Assembly (NCBI GenBank): GCA_001642005.1
Contig: LWCA01000219.1
Location: 1 to 39,199 of the forward strand
Source of the DNA: Intoshia linei
Taxonomy: Eukaryota > Animalia > Orthonectida
Reading direction: 5' to 3'
DNA length: 39,199 nt
A program made the position numbers and the translations under genes. Position 1 is the first letter of the stretch. Every line of letters begins with the position of its first letter. The notes beneath the pieces are model-generated. The model saw nothing but the letters and a program-made list of their open reading frames with translations. It did no database searches and was not told where the DNA came from. Of the stretch, positions 1 to 15,400 are shown one piece after another.

Positions 1-451
1 TAACATCGTTTAAATCGGTTTCATTCAACATCATAAATATTAATTCATCTTTACTACACGATTTTATCCTTTCAAATATACCTGATCGGTTTTACCACGA
101 AAATTGTTTTCAGATGGTAGCGATTTCCATATGTTGGTAAAAAATTCCTTGAAGTTTTTGTTGTTTAACTTGTATAAGGTCTAACGAGGCAAAAAGTTCT
201 ACTATGTCAATGGCAAAATCACTTTTTAATTTGCAATATTTACGAATTGGAGTAGTATCATTCAAAGTTAATGATTTGTGTTTAACAGACGACCTATGAC
301 TCTGCACATCATATAATTTTTCAAATGAGACATCATAATTGCATTTGATACAAATTAAACTGCCGGTCTTCATTTGGAAATATTCTTAAAATATTATCAA
401 TTTTTTCTTGTTAATTAATTAATTAGGTCTCGACTTTGGAAATTTAGGCAT
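1..451 (-). pseudogene. Degraded hAT-superfamily (CGGBP1-like zinc-finger) transposase, N-terminal part, probably inside a mitofusin intron; runs off the window start
   Basis: Minus strand from ATG at 451 reads MPKFPKS..., then stops, then a C2H2/BED-like finger LICIKCNYDVSFEKLYDVQSHRSSVKH, FAIDIVELFASLD and, after a frameshift, YKLNNKNFKEFF..LPSENNFR. Colinear with the relic at 35430-36142. Both share the upstream motif ATTAACTTTATAAAATTTTAATTAGC (611-636 and 36253-36278). Confidence 0.7.
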
Positions 452-978
452 TAACTGATTATTAGATTAAAATTTGGTTAAGATTCAGATTTGTAAAATT
501 TAAAAACAATGCACATTGTGCATTGTTCTGTGCAATTTGCACGTAAATAATTCAATATTTCAAAATCTAACTTTATTAACTTTTAAAAAAATTTTAACTT
601 TTCTAACCGTATTAACTTTATAAAATTTTAATTAGCCAATTAATATTGACGATATTGGTGCCATCATGCTGGAAATGTTAAACTATTTAACATATCAAAT
701 TTTAACTTTTCTGACTTTTGCTTGCTTTAATTATGATCAATATTTATATTAACAATTAATTTTGTAAGTAATTTAGTAATATATAATAATAAAGTAATAA
801 CATGTATTTCTGTTTATTTATTTAAGAAATTAATAGGTGTAGAGTTTTAAGTATACCAATTTCTAATACAGTTTGTGAGGGTGATGTTTTATCGCAAATT
901 TCATTTTCAGAAATTGTTTGTAATAATAATATTGGTTGCATTTTATTATATACTTTATTTACTAATTTGGCTTTTTAG

Positions 979-1640
979 GTAGCCAAATCCACAGGAATAA
1001 AGTTTTTGATGGTTGGGTTATCCGTCTATGGAATGATGTATGCAATAGAATATTTAACATGGACTAATAAGGCCAAAAAGATAAAATACAATCAGCAATA
1101 CACACATCATTTACAAAACAAAATTGTTACCGAATTATCTCCTCTTAATATCTTTATACCTAATCAATTTTATCAGTACATTTTTTAATTATAATTAACA
1201 GTTTTAGCCGGGGGTATTTATAACTTTTAAGTCGGGTAATTTGAAACATTTAAACCCTGAACCAAAAAATTAATGAAAATAATATTTTCTGATTATAATT
1301 TTTTTTGATTAACAATAAAATTATCATGACGGCTTGATTTCATTTTTATTTCTTTTTAATTTTAAAATTTAGAGATTGTCGTGCTTATAGAACTTGGTTC
1401 ATCAATAAAGCTAATCTATCTATTGCGCACAAGCTGACATTGAACGATAAACTGAAGGACACTATTTCAAAATGGAAATGTGCTGAGGAAATGTCAAAAA
1501 TTCACATGTAATTTAATATTTTGATACATATGTAGTATCAATATTGATTATAATAATTATTAACAAATGTGTGTATAAATATAGTATCCAATATTTAAAA
1601 TTACTGAACGAATTTTGTTTGATATTTGGTGACCAGGGTA
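979..1640 (+). CDS. MFN: Mitofusin (Fzo/Marf family), C-terminal exons: TM region and HR2 coiled coil (partial gene)
   Basis: Exon 979-1175 encodes VAKSTGIKFLMVGLSVYGMMYAIEYLTWTNKAKKIKYNQQY, which matches the mitofusin motif WKxxGWxxxxxxxxxYGxxYxYERLxWTxxAKERxFKxQF. Phase-compatible GT-AG exons follow at 1373-1507 and from 1585 (IQYLKLLNEF). A probable upstream exon starts near 838. The 3' end is uncertain and the GTPase domain lies outside the window. Confidence 0.75.
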
Positions 1641-3473
1641 AAAAAACTTGGACCCGACCTATAAATTTTTTTTGTAGTAATGTATATGTTTATGATGTTA
1701 TTTTACTTTAAATGTTTAATGAATATAATCAACTGAGAACAGTTTCGTTTGAAAATGGATTGGGTTCTCAGAAATTCATAATTGTTGGCTATGAAATATT
1801 TTTAGTTTATAGAAACTTTATTGCTGAAAACATAGTCTTAACGATTGAAAACGTCTATATGTTTTTTTCAACTATTTTAAATTCTGTTGTTTTCATTTTT
1901 CTAAACGGGTCATAGCTTTTCCGTAGATTGCACAGTATTATCATTTTGGAAGTGAAATAAATCCAATTTTATCACAAAGTATACCAACCAAATCAACAAT
2001 ATTTTGGAAGTTTTATGTATTTATTAAAACGAAAATTTATGGAAACGTTACGATCATCAAAATTATAATTTATAAATATTATTATATTATTTTTTTCTTT
2101 GAAATCTTACACTACGGTTAACATTTTCAGTAAAAACTATAAATACACAAAAATACTCCCAAAATGTTAAAATGAAAATCAAGTGAGCTACACTAGTGGC
2201 ACCACAATTACACTAGAAAAAAGGTTTAGTAACGTTGATATATTCAACATTTAAATTTACTTAAAACATTTTTATAATAGTCATGAAATTATTCTATAAA
2301 AAAATTTAGAAAAAAAATCAAAACGTCTTTGGAGAATGTAGCATTATTTTCCAGAACATATCTTACAATTTGAGTATAACTCACGATTGTAATTAACATT
2401 TTACATTGTAAACTTATTTTTTGCATAAACTTTAATGTACAACTTTTTTGAATATTATACGTCTTATTGAATACATCAACATGGGTTTATTTTATGTAGG
2501 GTTATCAACTAGAGCAACCTACTGTACTCCAACACTAAAAAAAGAGTGGGTAACCTGTGGATTTGTACGGTAGTTGGTCAATTTTTAGGGCGAATAATAC
2601 AGTGGTCCTCACCCATTTTGAAGAATAACCGTGGGCACCAAATGTATCATTTACCTGTATAAAATTAAATTTCTCGAGTTATTTTACTTGTACTAGACAT
2701 TTTGAAGATTTAATTAAACTTTAATTTAAATCGATTCAACTTTTAATAAATAACAAAATTTTTGAATTTTGAGCTGTATTTGAAAAAAATACTTTATATG
2801 CTTCAAAAAAGGCAAACTACTAATCAAATAATGTAAATAAACTTTGATAAATAAATGCGTAATTATTACGTGTGAATTAAAAAAATTATTTAACCATAAT
2901 TCATTCGATACATGAACCTCCCAGTAATACTTGAGACTTTCATACGTACTTGAAAAGCTTTAAAATCTATTAGACAATAATAAATTTTAATATTACACTA
3001 ACGACATTGTAGCATTTAATTTTATCACAGATTAAGCTGAAATTTGAAGAAACGAAAAGTAATTGATAAAAAGCACAAGTGATTATAAATAACGTTGCTA
3101 ACTCTCGTATACAACAATAAAAATATGATACAATTGAGCATTTAATAAAAACTAAACTCATAAACCAAAGGATATGCTTCAAACTGTAATCTACATATGC
3201 TGTTGAAAATTAACTGCTGCTGTAAATATAAAAATAATTTTATATTTTTAGGAAAAAATAAAATAAAGATTGTAAATTTATTATTGCTATAACACATACA
3301 TTTACATACTTTGACAATTACGCTATTATGAGAATATAATTAAAGTTTTTTGTTTAATTTTTTCATTTATCGCTATATCATCGTCTATTTTGTGTCTGGG
3401 TATATTTATCAAAACTAGTATATTTGATACAGATATTTTACATTGATTAAACACTGCGAATTACGTTTCTAGA

Positions 3474-6400
3474 ATGAAAAACAAGATTGAAAAGTCGAAT
3501 ATGGAATGTTTATCAAACGTAAAAAAAAATTTGAGAACTTCACCTATTAATACTAAAGGCAAACGTAAAAATGATGACAAGAATGATGAAAATCATCAAT
3601 ACGATCAAGATGTAAGAAATATTTCCATTGTTTTATTTTTTCATAGGTCGTTTTCGAAAAGAATGCATTTGAAAATATTTGTAATGGAAGTTTTGAAAAT
3701 GGAAATTTGAAATTGTAATTTTATCTCATGTTTTACGACGTTGACTATTTTTAGACCATTTGATATTGAAAATAGTGAATATCTTGAAAAAGGGACTGAA
3801 CTTTTATTTCAGGCGGTGGAAACTGGATGTGTTGCTTTAGTCAATGTATCATTTTTTAGAATTTAGTTATATTTTAATGTTTAGTCGTTGATTAATTTGA
3901 AAGTACCTGTAAATGTCAAATTGGAAGATCGTTGTTTATTGGTTGAAGCTGTATGTCGTGGATTTCATAATATTGTCGAGTTTCTTCTTAAAGCTGGAGC
4001 TGATGTTAATATTTTAACGAAAAGGAGTAATTTTACAAAATTTTAGACTGTATTTAACCTTGAAATTCTTTTTTTATTTTTTGCTTTTTTTTGGTTAATG
4101 GAGTTGATTTGATACTGGAATTTCATTTTTCTGTTTTTTAGGATATTTAAAAGTTTATATTTTTTATTTTATAAAAAAGCATTTTATTGTACTACAAATA
4201 GGGCTCGACAACGGGGCCGTGGAGAGGGGACCTACAATCATGAGGGATTTAATTTATTAATAGGTAATGTTGGAAAATTTCGATAACTAATACGAATTAC
4301 ATGGGTTATTTTTAATTTTTAGATAATGAACAATCGATTAATCAATGTATATAGGTCCAATCTTATATAATGGGCCAAAAATTTCCATCTGACCAGACTA
4401 CTTCTGCTGCTCCACGGCCCTGTCGACGAATTTCTAGTGTCGAATTTCATTTTTTATAAAAAATCTCATTCAAATTTTTGATATTTGTTTTTTACGATGG
4501 GGTTGTTTGATTCTTGACTCTTTTAAAAAAAATTAAAGTTGATTTACAAATTTTATTGATGTATATTGATTTATTTTTATATTTTAATTTTCAGGTCGAA
4601 CTGTGATGCATTTAGCTGTGATTGATAATGACGAAAAAATGGTTCGTATCTTATTACGATACTGTGTTTTAATTGATAAACCTGATGGTGACGGTCACAC
4701 TCCCCTAATGAAGGCTGTACTAAATAAAAATTTTGAATTGATGCAACTATTAATTCAAAACGGAGCAAAAGTTGTATCAACTGGAGATTTTAAAGAAACT
4801 CCGCTTTCTATCGCTGCTTATAAAGGTTATACAGATGTCGTGAAATTTTTGTTGATGTATATAAAAGATTGTAAATGCTTGGAATACGAATTATATAGTG
4901 CATTGATGGAAACATCAATGGATGGACACATTGAAGTAGCTAAATTGTTACTCGAGGCTGGATCTCCAGTAAATGTGATTATTGACGGATTTGAATCACC
5001 TCTCATGTTAGCAATTTGTTCTGGAAACAATAAATATGTTTCCATTTTATTGGACCATGGAGCTTTTATTGATGAAATTAATGAAGATGGGAACACTCCA
5101 TTGATGGAGGCATGTAGAGAAGGCAACGAATATGTGGTTTCCCTTTTGTTGAGTAGAGGGGCTGATACTGGCATACAGGCTGCAAATATTGGAGAAACTG
5201 CATTGACAATAGCTGCGTCTTCAGGGTATTTGGATATTGTTAGATTATTGGTTGCTATTGGAGCAGAAATTGATCAGTGTACGAATGATTATACTACGGC
5301 ACTAATGGAAGCCTGCCAGATGGACCATGTGGGTATAGGCAGGTTTTTATTAGAAAAAGGAGCAAACGTTAACGCCAAAACTAACACTCAAAGATGTGCA
5401 CTACACATGAGCGCAGATGGTGGTTCTGGTGAACTTATTCAACTGTTAATCAACTACAATGCAAATTTAGAAGATTTTGATGAATTTGGCACGAACCCTC
5501 TCATTATCGCTGCAAATTGTGGCAATTTAATAGTCGTAAAATTACTTGTAAAGAATGGGGTAAATGTGAATTCTTGTGAGATGGATGGTGGTATGACTGC
5601 TCTAATGGCTGCAGTTATTTCTGGTTATGAAAATGTTGTAGAATATTTAATCAGCGAAGGAGCTGACACTTCAGTGAAAATTAACGACAATCGAACGCTA
5701 CTTATTGAAGCTGTTAAAAACAATCATTTAAATATTGTCAAATTTTTATTAAACCTTGACGTAAAAAAAAATAACCAGCCACACTACTTGAATAAATCTG
5801 GAGAAATGTGTTGCGGTTGGGAAAACGAATCAAATCAAAATTCTGAGAATGGTTTGATTGTCGAAAATAAAGAAGACTCTAATAATGAAACTGAATTTCT
5901 TGTTGATGACTGTGATGAACTTGTAAATGCAAACAAAGCTTTTATGGGTCGGGTTCCATTAGTTTACAGATTAGCTGAACTGTCTTCAGAAAGTACTGAT
6001 CCGAGTAAATTTGACGAATTGATATTTAAAGTTATTAAACAAATCGAAGGTAATGGTGATTTGTTTGGAGTGCATAAAAATAAACGCAACAAATTTTTGG
6101 AAGAAATTAAACGAATCAAGGCATCGCATGCTCAGAAATTGCAAGAGAAAAACGACTTGGCAATTGAATTTTCGGGTGAATTGGAGCGACAAGACACTCT
6201 GTCTGGTACAGACATTGAAAACATTAAAAATGAAGCCATGTATCAATTGATCTCGAGTGAATTTTCTCAATTTCTAGAAGAATTTGATAGTTTTCAGTTG
6301 AACTCTAATGATCCAGAAAGTGAAAATTTAGAAAAAATTTTATCTGATGAAAATTCCCACCTGTTTAATAATGTTGTTAATAACGATTCACGAAATTCAA

Positions 6401-9400
6401 CTTCACCATTCTGTAATATTTGCTATCAACACCAAAAACTCCATAGACTACAGCAGCAGATTCACCTGCAGCTGAAACAACCAAATGTTTTAGAGATACA
6501 ACAAGAACAAGTTGAAAAACAGCTAAATCTAATCCGAGAGAAACGAATCCATGTTCAAAAACAATTCGGTCTTATCCAGGAACGACAGTGTATGTCATGT
6601 AGCGAAAAACCACAGTTGAAGCAAGACGATGAACCATTTTTTTGTGAAGAGGTTCTGCGTGATAAGGATGATAGACTTGTTAAAATCCAAATTGCTTGGA
6701 AAAAACAGTTACAGTTGATTAAAATTGTCCAAAATAATCATGAAATGAAAAAATTGCAATTGGTCAGTGAAGCACAAGTGATTAGAAACAAATTAAAATG
6801 CCAACAAAGGTATATCCACTCTAAAAAACTTTCTCAAAATTCTTGTAATCAAAACGAAACATGTAACCATACTTGTGTTAACAAATTAGGTTTTAATAAT
6901 TGCGCCCAACAGTACATACCATTTATTTCTAATTTACCACATATTCCAGAAATTAAACAAAACGATGTGTCCTTCATAAAACACTGCAAAAAATGTTACA
7001 ATGTAATTGCACACCCTATGGTGGAAATAAATGCCGAAACTAAAAGTACTCATGATACAGCTCTCACAATAGCTGCAACTGCTGGTAATGTTGATTTAGT
7101 TTCTATGCTCTTGAAATGTGACGCCAATATTGAACATCATGATAAAAAAGGATTCACCCCTTTAATTCTTTCCACCGCGGCTTGTAGTATTCCAGTTATT
7201 GAATTGTTATTGGATGCTGGAGCAAATATTAACGCGTATTGTGAAAAATCGCGCGATACTGCACTTTCTTTAGCTTGTTCTAGTGTTAAAAACGAAAAAA
7301 ACCGTTCCAAATTAGTCAAACTCATTTTGGATAGAGGAGCTGACATTGAACATCGTAATGTATCCGATTACACTCCTCTTTGTCTTGCAGCGTCTGATGG
7401 ACATTTAGATGTCATTAAAATTTTACTATCCTCTGGTGCTGAAATTAATGCTCGGACAGGTTCCAAATTGGGTATATCTCCTTTAATGTTGGCTTCAATG
7501 AATGGTCATGTCGAAGCTGTTGAATATTTTTTAAGCAAAGGAGCTGATATTCATGCTCAAATCGAAACTAATAAAAATACTGCTCTCACTCTTGCGTGCT
7601 TTCAAGGGCGTGCTGATGTTGTTGCCTTGTTGTTAAAAGCTAAACCAAACGTTGAGCACAGGTCTAAGGTAATTTATTTATTTTAAATTAATCTAAATTA
7701 GGCACCATGTTTTATTTTTGGAATTACCAACTTAATTGTTATATGAAATCAGCATTTCTTTCATTTTTTGACGTGACCACTTTATAAATGTATGCATTTT
7801 GTAATTAAATATGGGAATTTTTTTTAAATCAAATGCGGAAAATGTTTATCTTGTACGTATTTAACATCAAAGCTCATTTGATATTTAAATAGTCATTAGG
7901 CAGTAACGCGTAGGAATATAAATGAAATTTAAATTTTTTTGTTTTGAATATTCCAGGGTTTATCAACAAAAAAATTATGTGGAAAATTTTGCTTATTTTT
8001 TAAGGAGAATATTCTTAAATTCAACGATTTTTACTAAAAATAAAAATTTACTAACCCTTAAGGGAAAAATCCATAACTGTATATTATAGAAAATTTATAA
8101 ATCTAGAAAAATAGTAATTAAATTGTGTTTTGGATTTTCGTTACAAACTAGACAAATTACTATTTTTGATTTTTTATGAAATAATTGATATAATTTTATT
8201 AATCTTGCGTAATTATATATTTATATAAATTCACAATAAACCATACAATGCATAAAATATTTGGACTTTTGTTGTTTTGAAACTCAGTACTTTTAAAAAT
8301 TATTAATTTTGCCAATCAATGGAATGGTGAATTTGGAATATTTTCAAATTCGAGCGCGTATCCAAAAAACATCTGTTCGTCTATTCGTAGAACTAGGATG
8401 GTGCCAGAATTAATTGAAACTGAATTTTAAAATACAACAAAAACTTCATGTCTACAAAAAGTAAATTATAACCAATTTTTAGAATAGAAAATTTAATTAT
8501 CTACTACTTTCTGATAAAACTCGAATATTTGTCTTCCTCTAAATATTTTTTATTTATTATAAATAATATAATTTATTTTATATCTCCATCGAAAATCAGC
8601 AGCATTAATTTTATGTTATAAATTTCTCACGTAGTGTTACAAAAGCTGAAAATTCAAAAAATTTTTTAGAGTAATTTTACTAAAATTTGAAAAAAAGTAT
8701 TTACTGAGTTTTTACTTTGCAAAACTAAGTTAAACACACTACTACGTAGTACGTACCATACTGTTTGATAAATAAAATTATGAAGAAAGTCTGTAAAATA
8801 ATTTGTTAATATAAGGTTGTTTACATGTAAGTACTCTGTGAAAAAGTGATACCGTAACAATATTTTTTTTTGTTTTTCTAATTAACATTTAGGGTATGTC
8901 GCAAAGTTCTCTTTGTAAACTAGCCTTGGGTCATTAAAAAGTAGTATCCAAAGTGTAGTGTGAGTTGGTATAGTTTTTATTTAACTGTTAGCCTTTATGA
9001 CATGGATTACCAAAATTTAAAATTAATAACATGTCCCGTGATTAAAGAATAATTGATATGACAAATACATGCTTAGTTTGATTATACTGTTGTATTGTAT
9101 TAATTGTTATAATTAGAAATTGTTTTATTTATATTTTAAATAAAACAATTCAAATGCTATTTAACAAATGTAATTGCCTTTTTCCATAATTACTCATTTA
9201 TTACTTTATACAAAAAATACTCATTGTTTGAATTAAACAGTTGAACTTTAACTGTAATCTTTAATGTCTTTGTTTCCCTTTTGTATAAAACTATACATTT
9301 TCCGTTAAATTTATTTTAAATGTTTAATTAAAATATGATATTGCTATTAATAATTTAGCACAAATATTATCATAAACCAACATTTTTGTAAAAGTACTCT

Positions 9401-12400
9401 TATGTCGTTTGACTCAAACGGTTTGACTGATCAATGAGAATGAATCGTGATAAGAATAATCTTAATTTTTAGTTTGTTTTATTCTACAGATCTTTCGTTT
9501 CAATGAATATTTTATAACTTATGATTACACTAAGTATAGTTCCTTGGTATTGAGATTTGAAAGAAGCCACTACAGTTGTCCGAAAAATGGGCAGTAAAAG
9601 AATTATCCATGTGGAAATATAATAATAATCAACCATAAATTAATTGGTCGTCTTTTAATCGATAACTTATTTAGGTTGTGTCAAAATTTATAAATGATTT
9701 TGATTATTTCTTAATTAATTCTTATGTGTATACTTTCTCGTTTACTGTTGTAAGTTTGTTTGAACTAAAGTAATTTTAGAATTAACAGTGGCACCAATAT
9801 TTATATTGATTGTAATTGTTTCTTACGCACATTGTTCATTTTCATATAATAAACTGACTTAACTTTTTAAATGATATTGATCAATTTCGATTTATACATT
9901 AATAGGCGATTTTTATGCTTTTTTAGGTGTACAGCGGATTGTTTAGCTTTTTATTATCTGTCGCCAAAATGGTCCAGAATAATAACCAGGTTTGGACTAT
10001 AATCCCTGGTATATGAACATTTTCAGATTATGTAAAGACGATTGAACGACGAAAATTTTTATTTTTGTAGCGTTCCACAACGAAACAATTTGATCACCTT
10101 GCTTTATAAATGTGTAGTTTCTGATATAAGCGTTGTTAAGATTGTAGGAAATTGTGTAACTAAAATGACACACTACACTTTACGTTTGAAATAAGACTAA
10201 AATTTCGAAACTATAGAATGTTCATAAACCAATTTTCATTTGTAATAAAAATAAAATGTTGATCATGAAAATGAAAAATAAGCCTAAAAAAAATTTTACA
10301 AACGATGCGTAGTGTCACATAGTCCTAGCCACCTTTCCGAGGGTGTTAAATTGACATTTAAAATTTAATTCACAAAATAATTGTGAAATATTCAAGAATT
10401 AAAATGTTATATAAGTCAACTTGGAAAATTTACCCTATTTTACAAAAATTTTCGCCAAAGTTCCGAGTAGGGACTCGGTACGGTAGATTATGTACTCTTG
10501 GGCCGTGTATATGTCATTAAGTGTAATAATTTTAATCGGTTAATTACTTTTACTTTTGATTGGTTGATAGTCTCTATAATTTCTTATAAACATTATCTAA
10601 TAATTGTAGAGACGGACTAGAGACATATGACCCACCAAGAATCATTATGAGGCCTAATATTATATATTAATAGGTGATGTTAGATTTTTTTTGAAAAACC
10701 ACTGGATTACGGAATGGATATTAACTTATTATTTTTTTTAATGTATACGCTCCCACTTTTTTATCCCAGGTCATATATAGGGCATCTACAATTATGATTT
10801 TTATTAAAACTTTTTTAATGTTGTCTAGTAATTCTCTTTAATAAAAAATAAATTTTATAATTTATTACCGGTCCATTGTGAAAAAAGTGTGGGAACCTCT
10901 GATGTAATGTATTATACCCGCGTTATAATATAAATTTTTATTTTTATAACAATTTTTTACCCATATTTTTTTTTTTGCAGTTTTTTCATTATTTATTTAT
11001 TCATGATTACAATTTTAACATTATTATTGTTTCTTATTTCATTTTATAAATTAATTAAAACTGTTAGTTTTAACATAATTTTTTGAGTAAAGATTTTTTT
11101 TCATATTTGGTCTGCCAAGCAAATTGAATCTGACACTTCTATTATATAACCTTATATTTGTAATGAATGAGATTATTGTTTAAAATGTATAATGTATTTA
11201 CTCAAAACCGTTACTACTTTTTAATATTTTTTAATTGGGTTTCTACTGATTTTAAAAATATTTTCAATTTTAGTCTGGTTTAACACCACTTATGGAAGCA
11301 GCATCTGGTGGCTACGTTGACGTTTGTAAGCTCTTGGTTGAAAGTAATGCAGACGTGAATGCCATGCCCGTGAATTCATCTCGAGACACAGCATTAACAA
11401 TTGCCTGTGAAAAAGGACACACTAAATTTGTTGATGTGTTGATTCAAAAGTAATGTCATTTGTGAATATATTTTATATTTTTGTATAGCCACGCTTATTT
11501 GGACGTCAAAAATAAAAAAGGAAATTGTCCTTTATACTTAGCATGTATGGGAGGATTTTTTGAAATTGTAAAAATGTTGCTTAATGCTGGAGCAGACCCT
11601 GATTCAAATGATAACAGAAAAGTGTATTGTATTAGCGTAGCCCTGCGTAAAGGATTCGTTAATATTGTTCGGTATCTGGTTAAATTTGTGACTCAATTTC
11701 CTAGCGACATAAACCACAACCGATTCATGTCCAATATTGACAATTACGACGAGGTAATGCGAATATCATCTATATTAATATAATTATTAGGATCAATTGA
11801 GGCGATGTTTTACATGTCTGGAAGTAGTTAAGGCGGCTAAACATCAGCAAGAAACTCAAGCAAATCGAAACGCATTTCAATTGCTAATGGAAGAAGCCAA
11901 TGAAAAACACCGTGAAGAAATAAAACGTGGAGCTCTTGCTCGTAAGCGAGAAAAACGTAAAAACCGAAAAAACAAAATTAAAGCAAAAAGCCAAAAAGAT
12001 AAACTTGAACCGATAAAAAGTGAACCCGTGGAAAGCGACGAAGAGGTCCCCAAAATAAAATCTAAATGTTCCGTTGAAGAGGAGACTCAACCCATTAATG
12101 AGAAAGATGTGCAATTGCAAAACAACTGGTTCATCAAAAATAGCAATAAAAGCAATGATTCTGAGACTAATATTAAATTTGATACGAGCAATAATTCTAA
12201 TTACAAAGAAGTAGCTCTGTGCAGTGACAAAAAATCGATTTCAAAAAAAGAATCTGACAATATTGCTAATTCAACTGAAATTGAGTTTGAGACATACTTG
12301 AACGGGAATAATCGAAATTTCAGTTCAAATATTTCATTAACACAAGTTTATACAAATGGTAACGACAAAAACAAAAAAATTCCTCAAGTGAAACTATCCA

Positions 12401-15400
12401 ATAATTGCGATACACTTCCTATTGAAAAGATGTCCCATTCTAATACATCGTTTACTACAAACTGTCTGGTTGAAGATTCTCATGGTACTGTATCAGATTT
12501 TTCGACTGATAATCTCATCTCAGACAGGTAAATTCAACTTTTGTATATATTATTGTTCATTCGACCGAACAGTTTATATTTTTATATGGTTGTCTGCTAC
12601 AATGCCTAGTGTTCCATTGTTTTCTCTAAACCATTGTTGAGAGTTTAATCAATAGTTGTTACAATCGAACACCAAAGTCGATAGTATAATTTCCTATCTT
12701 GGTAACGTTAACCAATAAAGAAATATTAACCGAGTTTCAATGGTATAAATTAAAATTCCAGTCTATGCGATTTAAGTCGTAGTAGTCTATTATTTCTAGT
12801 ACAGTAGTTATATAGCAGTACACTTGGTTCCCATAAATTTATTGTGAACTAATATATTGCTAATACTGTAGTAACCGATCAAATTTAAATTTAATACAAA
12901 ATTATCAGCTAACTTAAGTATTTATCCATTGTCAGTTGAATTCTAATTTAAAAGTTTATCATTTTTTTAACATAAATGCTATATCATTCACACATTTCAT
13001 AGGTATATGGTGAAAAATTCAAATTTGAAATTACCAAGTCTATCACAAAACGACTGCATCAATACGTCCGATATCAACGATCGTTATTTTACAAATATTA
13101 CAGGTAATTGTGTTGTTACTGGGATATTCACTTTCACATGTTAGTTTGATTTAGTTTAGTTTCAGGGCGATAATTTGATTTTATGGATTTTTATAATTTT
13201 TGGAGTTTTGTGTGAATCCGATGTATTTATTTCTGTTTGTTTAATATTTGTTTATATTAGAATATCAATCCAACCTTACTGCGTTGAAAAGCGTTAAGAA
13301 TATAAACATACCTATAATGAGTACTACTGGTATTTCAAGTTCAACCAAAAGCACAACCGAATCATTAACTTCGCCACAATGTAATAGAAATTCCAAACAT
13401 TATAGAAAATCAGAAATGTAAGTTATTTTCTTTAACTTAATTTTTATTTTTTTTGTAGGGAACACATGTTTGATAAAAAAATTAACATGTCAAATAGAAC
13501 TAATATAGTTTCTACTCGAAAAACGGTACGTCGTGAAGTGCCTGAAAATTGGAAAGAAGTTGTGCCTCGTCGACCGGGGTCTACAATGTAAAATTTAATT
13601 TTTCTTTTGCGCCTAATGTTGTTTAGATCAAAGAAAGTTGTCGTTCCAGCCGGAGCTATTAGTAGAGTTATAGGAAGAGGAGGATGCAATATAAATGCAA
13701 TTCGAGAATCGTCAGCAGCTCACATTGATGTTGATAAGCACAGAGGCCCTGTAGACCGAGTCATAACCATTAAGTAACCGTTTTAAATGGATTTGTGTTT
13801 ATTATTATATAGAGGTATGCCGGAATCTGTAAGATATGCTGAAAGACTCATTAGAGCACTTGTTGAAGATGCTGACGTAGATTTAGATAAATTAATATTC
13901 AATGCCAAATGTGACAACTACCAACAACTCCAGTTTAATGCTTCAAACATTTATCAAAACCAACCTCATGCTTCCCACCACATTTCCAGTCAACCCAACA
14001 CAAGATCTTCCAACCAAAGTAATTCTGCTAATGGCAGCGACTCACGATCTTTTAAATATTACAATTATCCAAACACTACCGGTGTTCAAAATTCTCGCAT
14101 TTTACAAAACTGTATTGGTTCTAAAGATGCCGATGTACCCCAGTGCAATTCTCAGGAAGAAGAAACGATTCGAGTAACTGACTACGTTTACCAAAATGGA
14201 AACTCGACAAATTTGAACCTCAATCAGTCCGAAGAAAATCCCAAAAATCCAGCAATGTTACAATCTCGTAACATGACGTCAAATCATTTATACGATAATC
14301 ACTCAATTAGGTACGACGCTGTAGATTATGACACCGAAAGTATACCAACTCCCAGTCGCACACAAACTAATTTTGTTAAGTCTAATTATAACTACAGTCG
14401 AAATGAATCTGATTATTCTTACCGATATAACGATTCTTATAGAAACATGCCTCGTAGTGCGGCTCCAAATATCATGTGTAACAGAAATTCTATAAATATT
14501 CCTCTAGTTAATCCGGAAATTGGGAAAAACGAAAACTTTGCTCATCATTCAAATGTGTATATTTGCCCAGATAATGTAAAACGACCATTAATGTACCAAA
14601 TTGACAGTCAACATTATAACGGAACCGATTCACTTTCTCTAGGTGCTTGTTCCGCCAACATTAATGCAAATAGTATTGTAAATAGACCAAAATCATCTTC
14701 TTCGTTGAAAGAATACTCCCTTAATCAGTTTCAGAAAGAGCAGTATCCTTACTTTTCTTCCAATAGTAATCCCATTGAAAATTCTAACGAGGACAAAGTT
14801 TATGAATCGAATGATAATGATTTGAATAATGTCTTTTCGAGAATGAAAGTTGATTGTAGCGGTGCCAATCAAATACCCAATAATATGAATATCTTTACCG
14901 ATTTTAATAATTATTCTACCCATCAAATTGGTGAATTTAACGGCTCTTCGTATATACCTACTCCCATAGGCAGTAATGTTATAAGAATCAATTCTGATCA
15001 AATTTCGTCTGACCGAAGAGTTACTCCCGTTGGAAATAAATCAAACTTTGAAGTTAGTCCAACCAATTTTGAATCCAAAGAGCCTAGTGGTTACGACCAA
15101 TATAGAAATGATTCTGTTCAAAACAATATATGGGGTAATGGCAATTTTAGTTTTCATGAAGCCTCAAGTCCTCCACCGAGATCTGGTTATTTATTATGTA
15201 TGTTTTTTTATATTTCATTTAGAGTTTTGGCATTCTAAACAATATCAAACGAAAAAATTTGATTCAAACTCTACTAACCAACCTAGTTATATGAACGTAA
15301 TATTTTCAAAGATTTGATTTAATATTTTTTAGAATACTGATGGACAGGAAAAGTTTAGTGCCAATAATCAAAACATGTACTTTAATGTAAATAATTTTCA

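Noticed and set aside
1700-3300. Possible small multi-exon gene on the minus strand between mitofusin and MASK (ORFs 1712-1915, 2970-3182; exon-like 2654-2555 VNDTFGAHGYSSKW...)
   Set aside because: Could not assemble a phase-consistent model or recognise any motif; needs RNA-seq.
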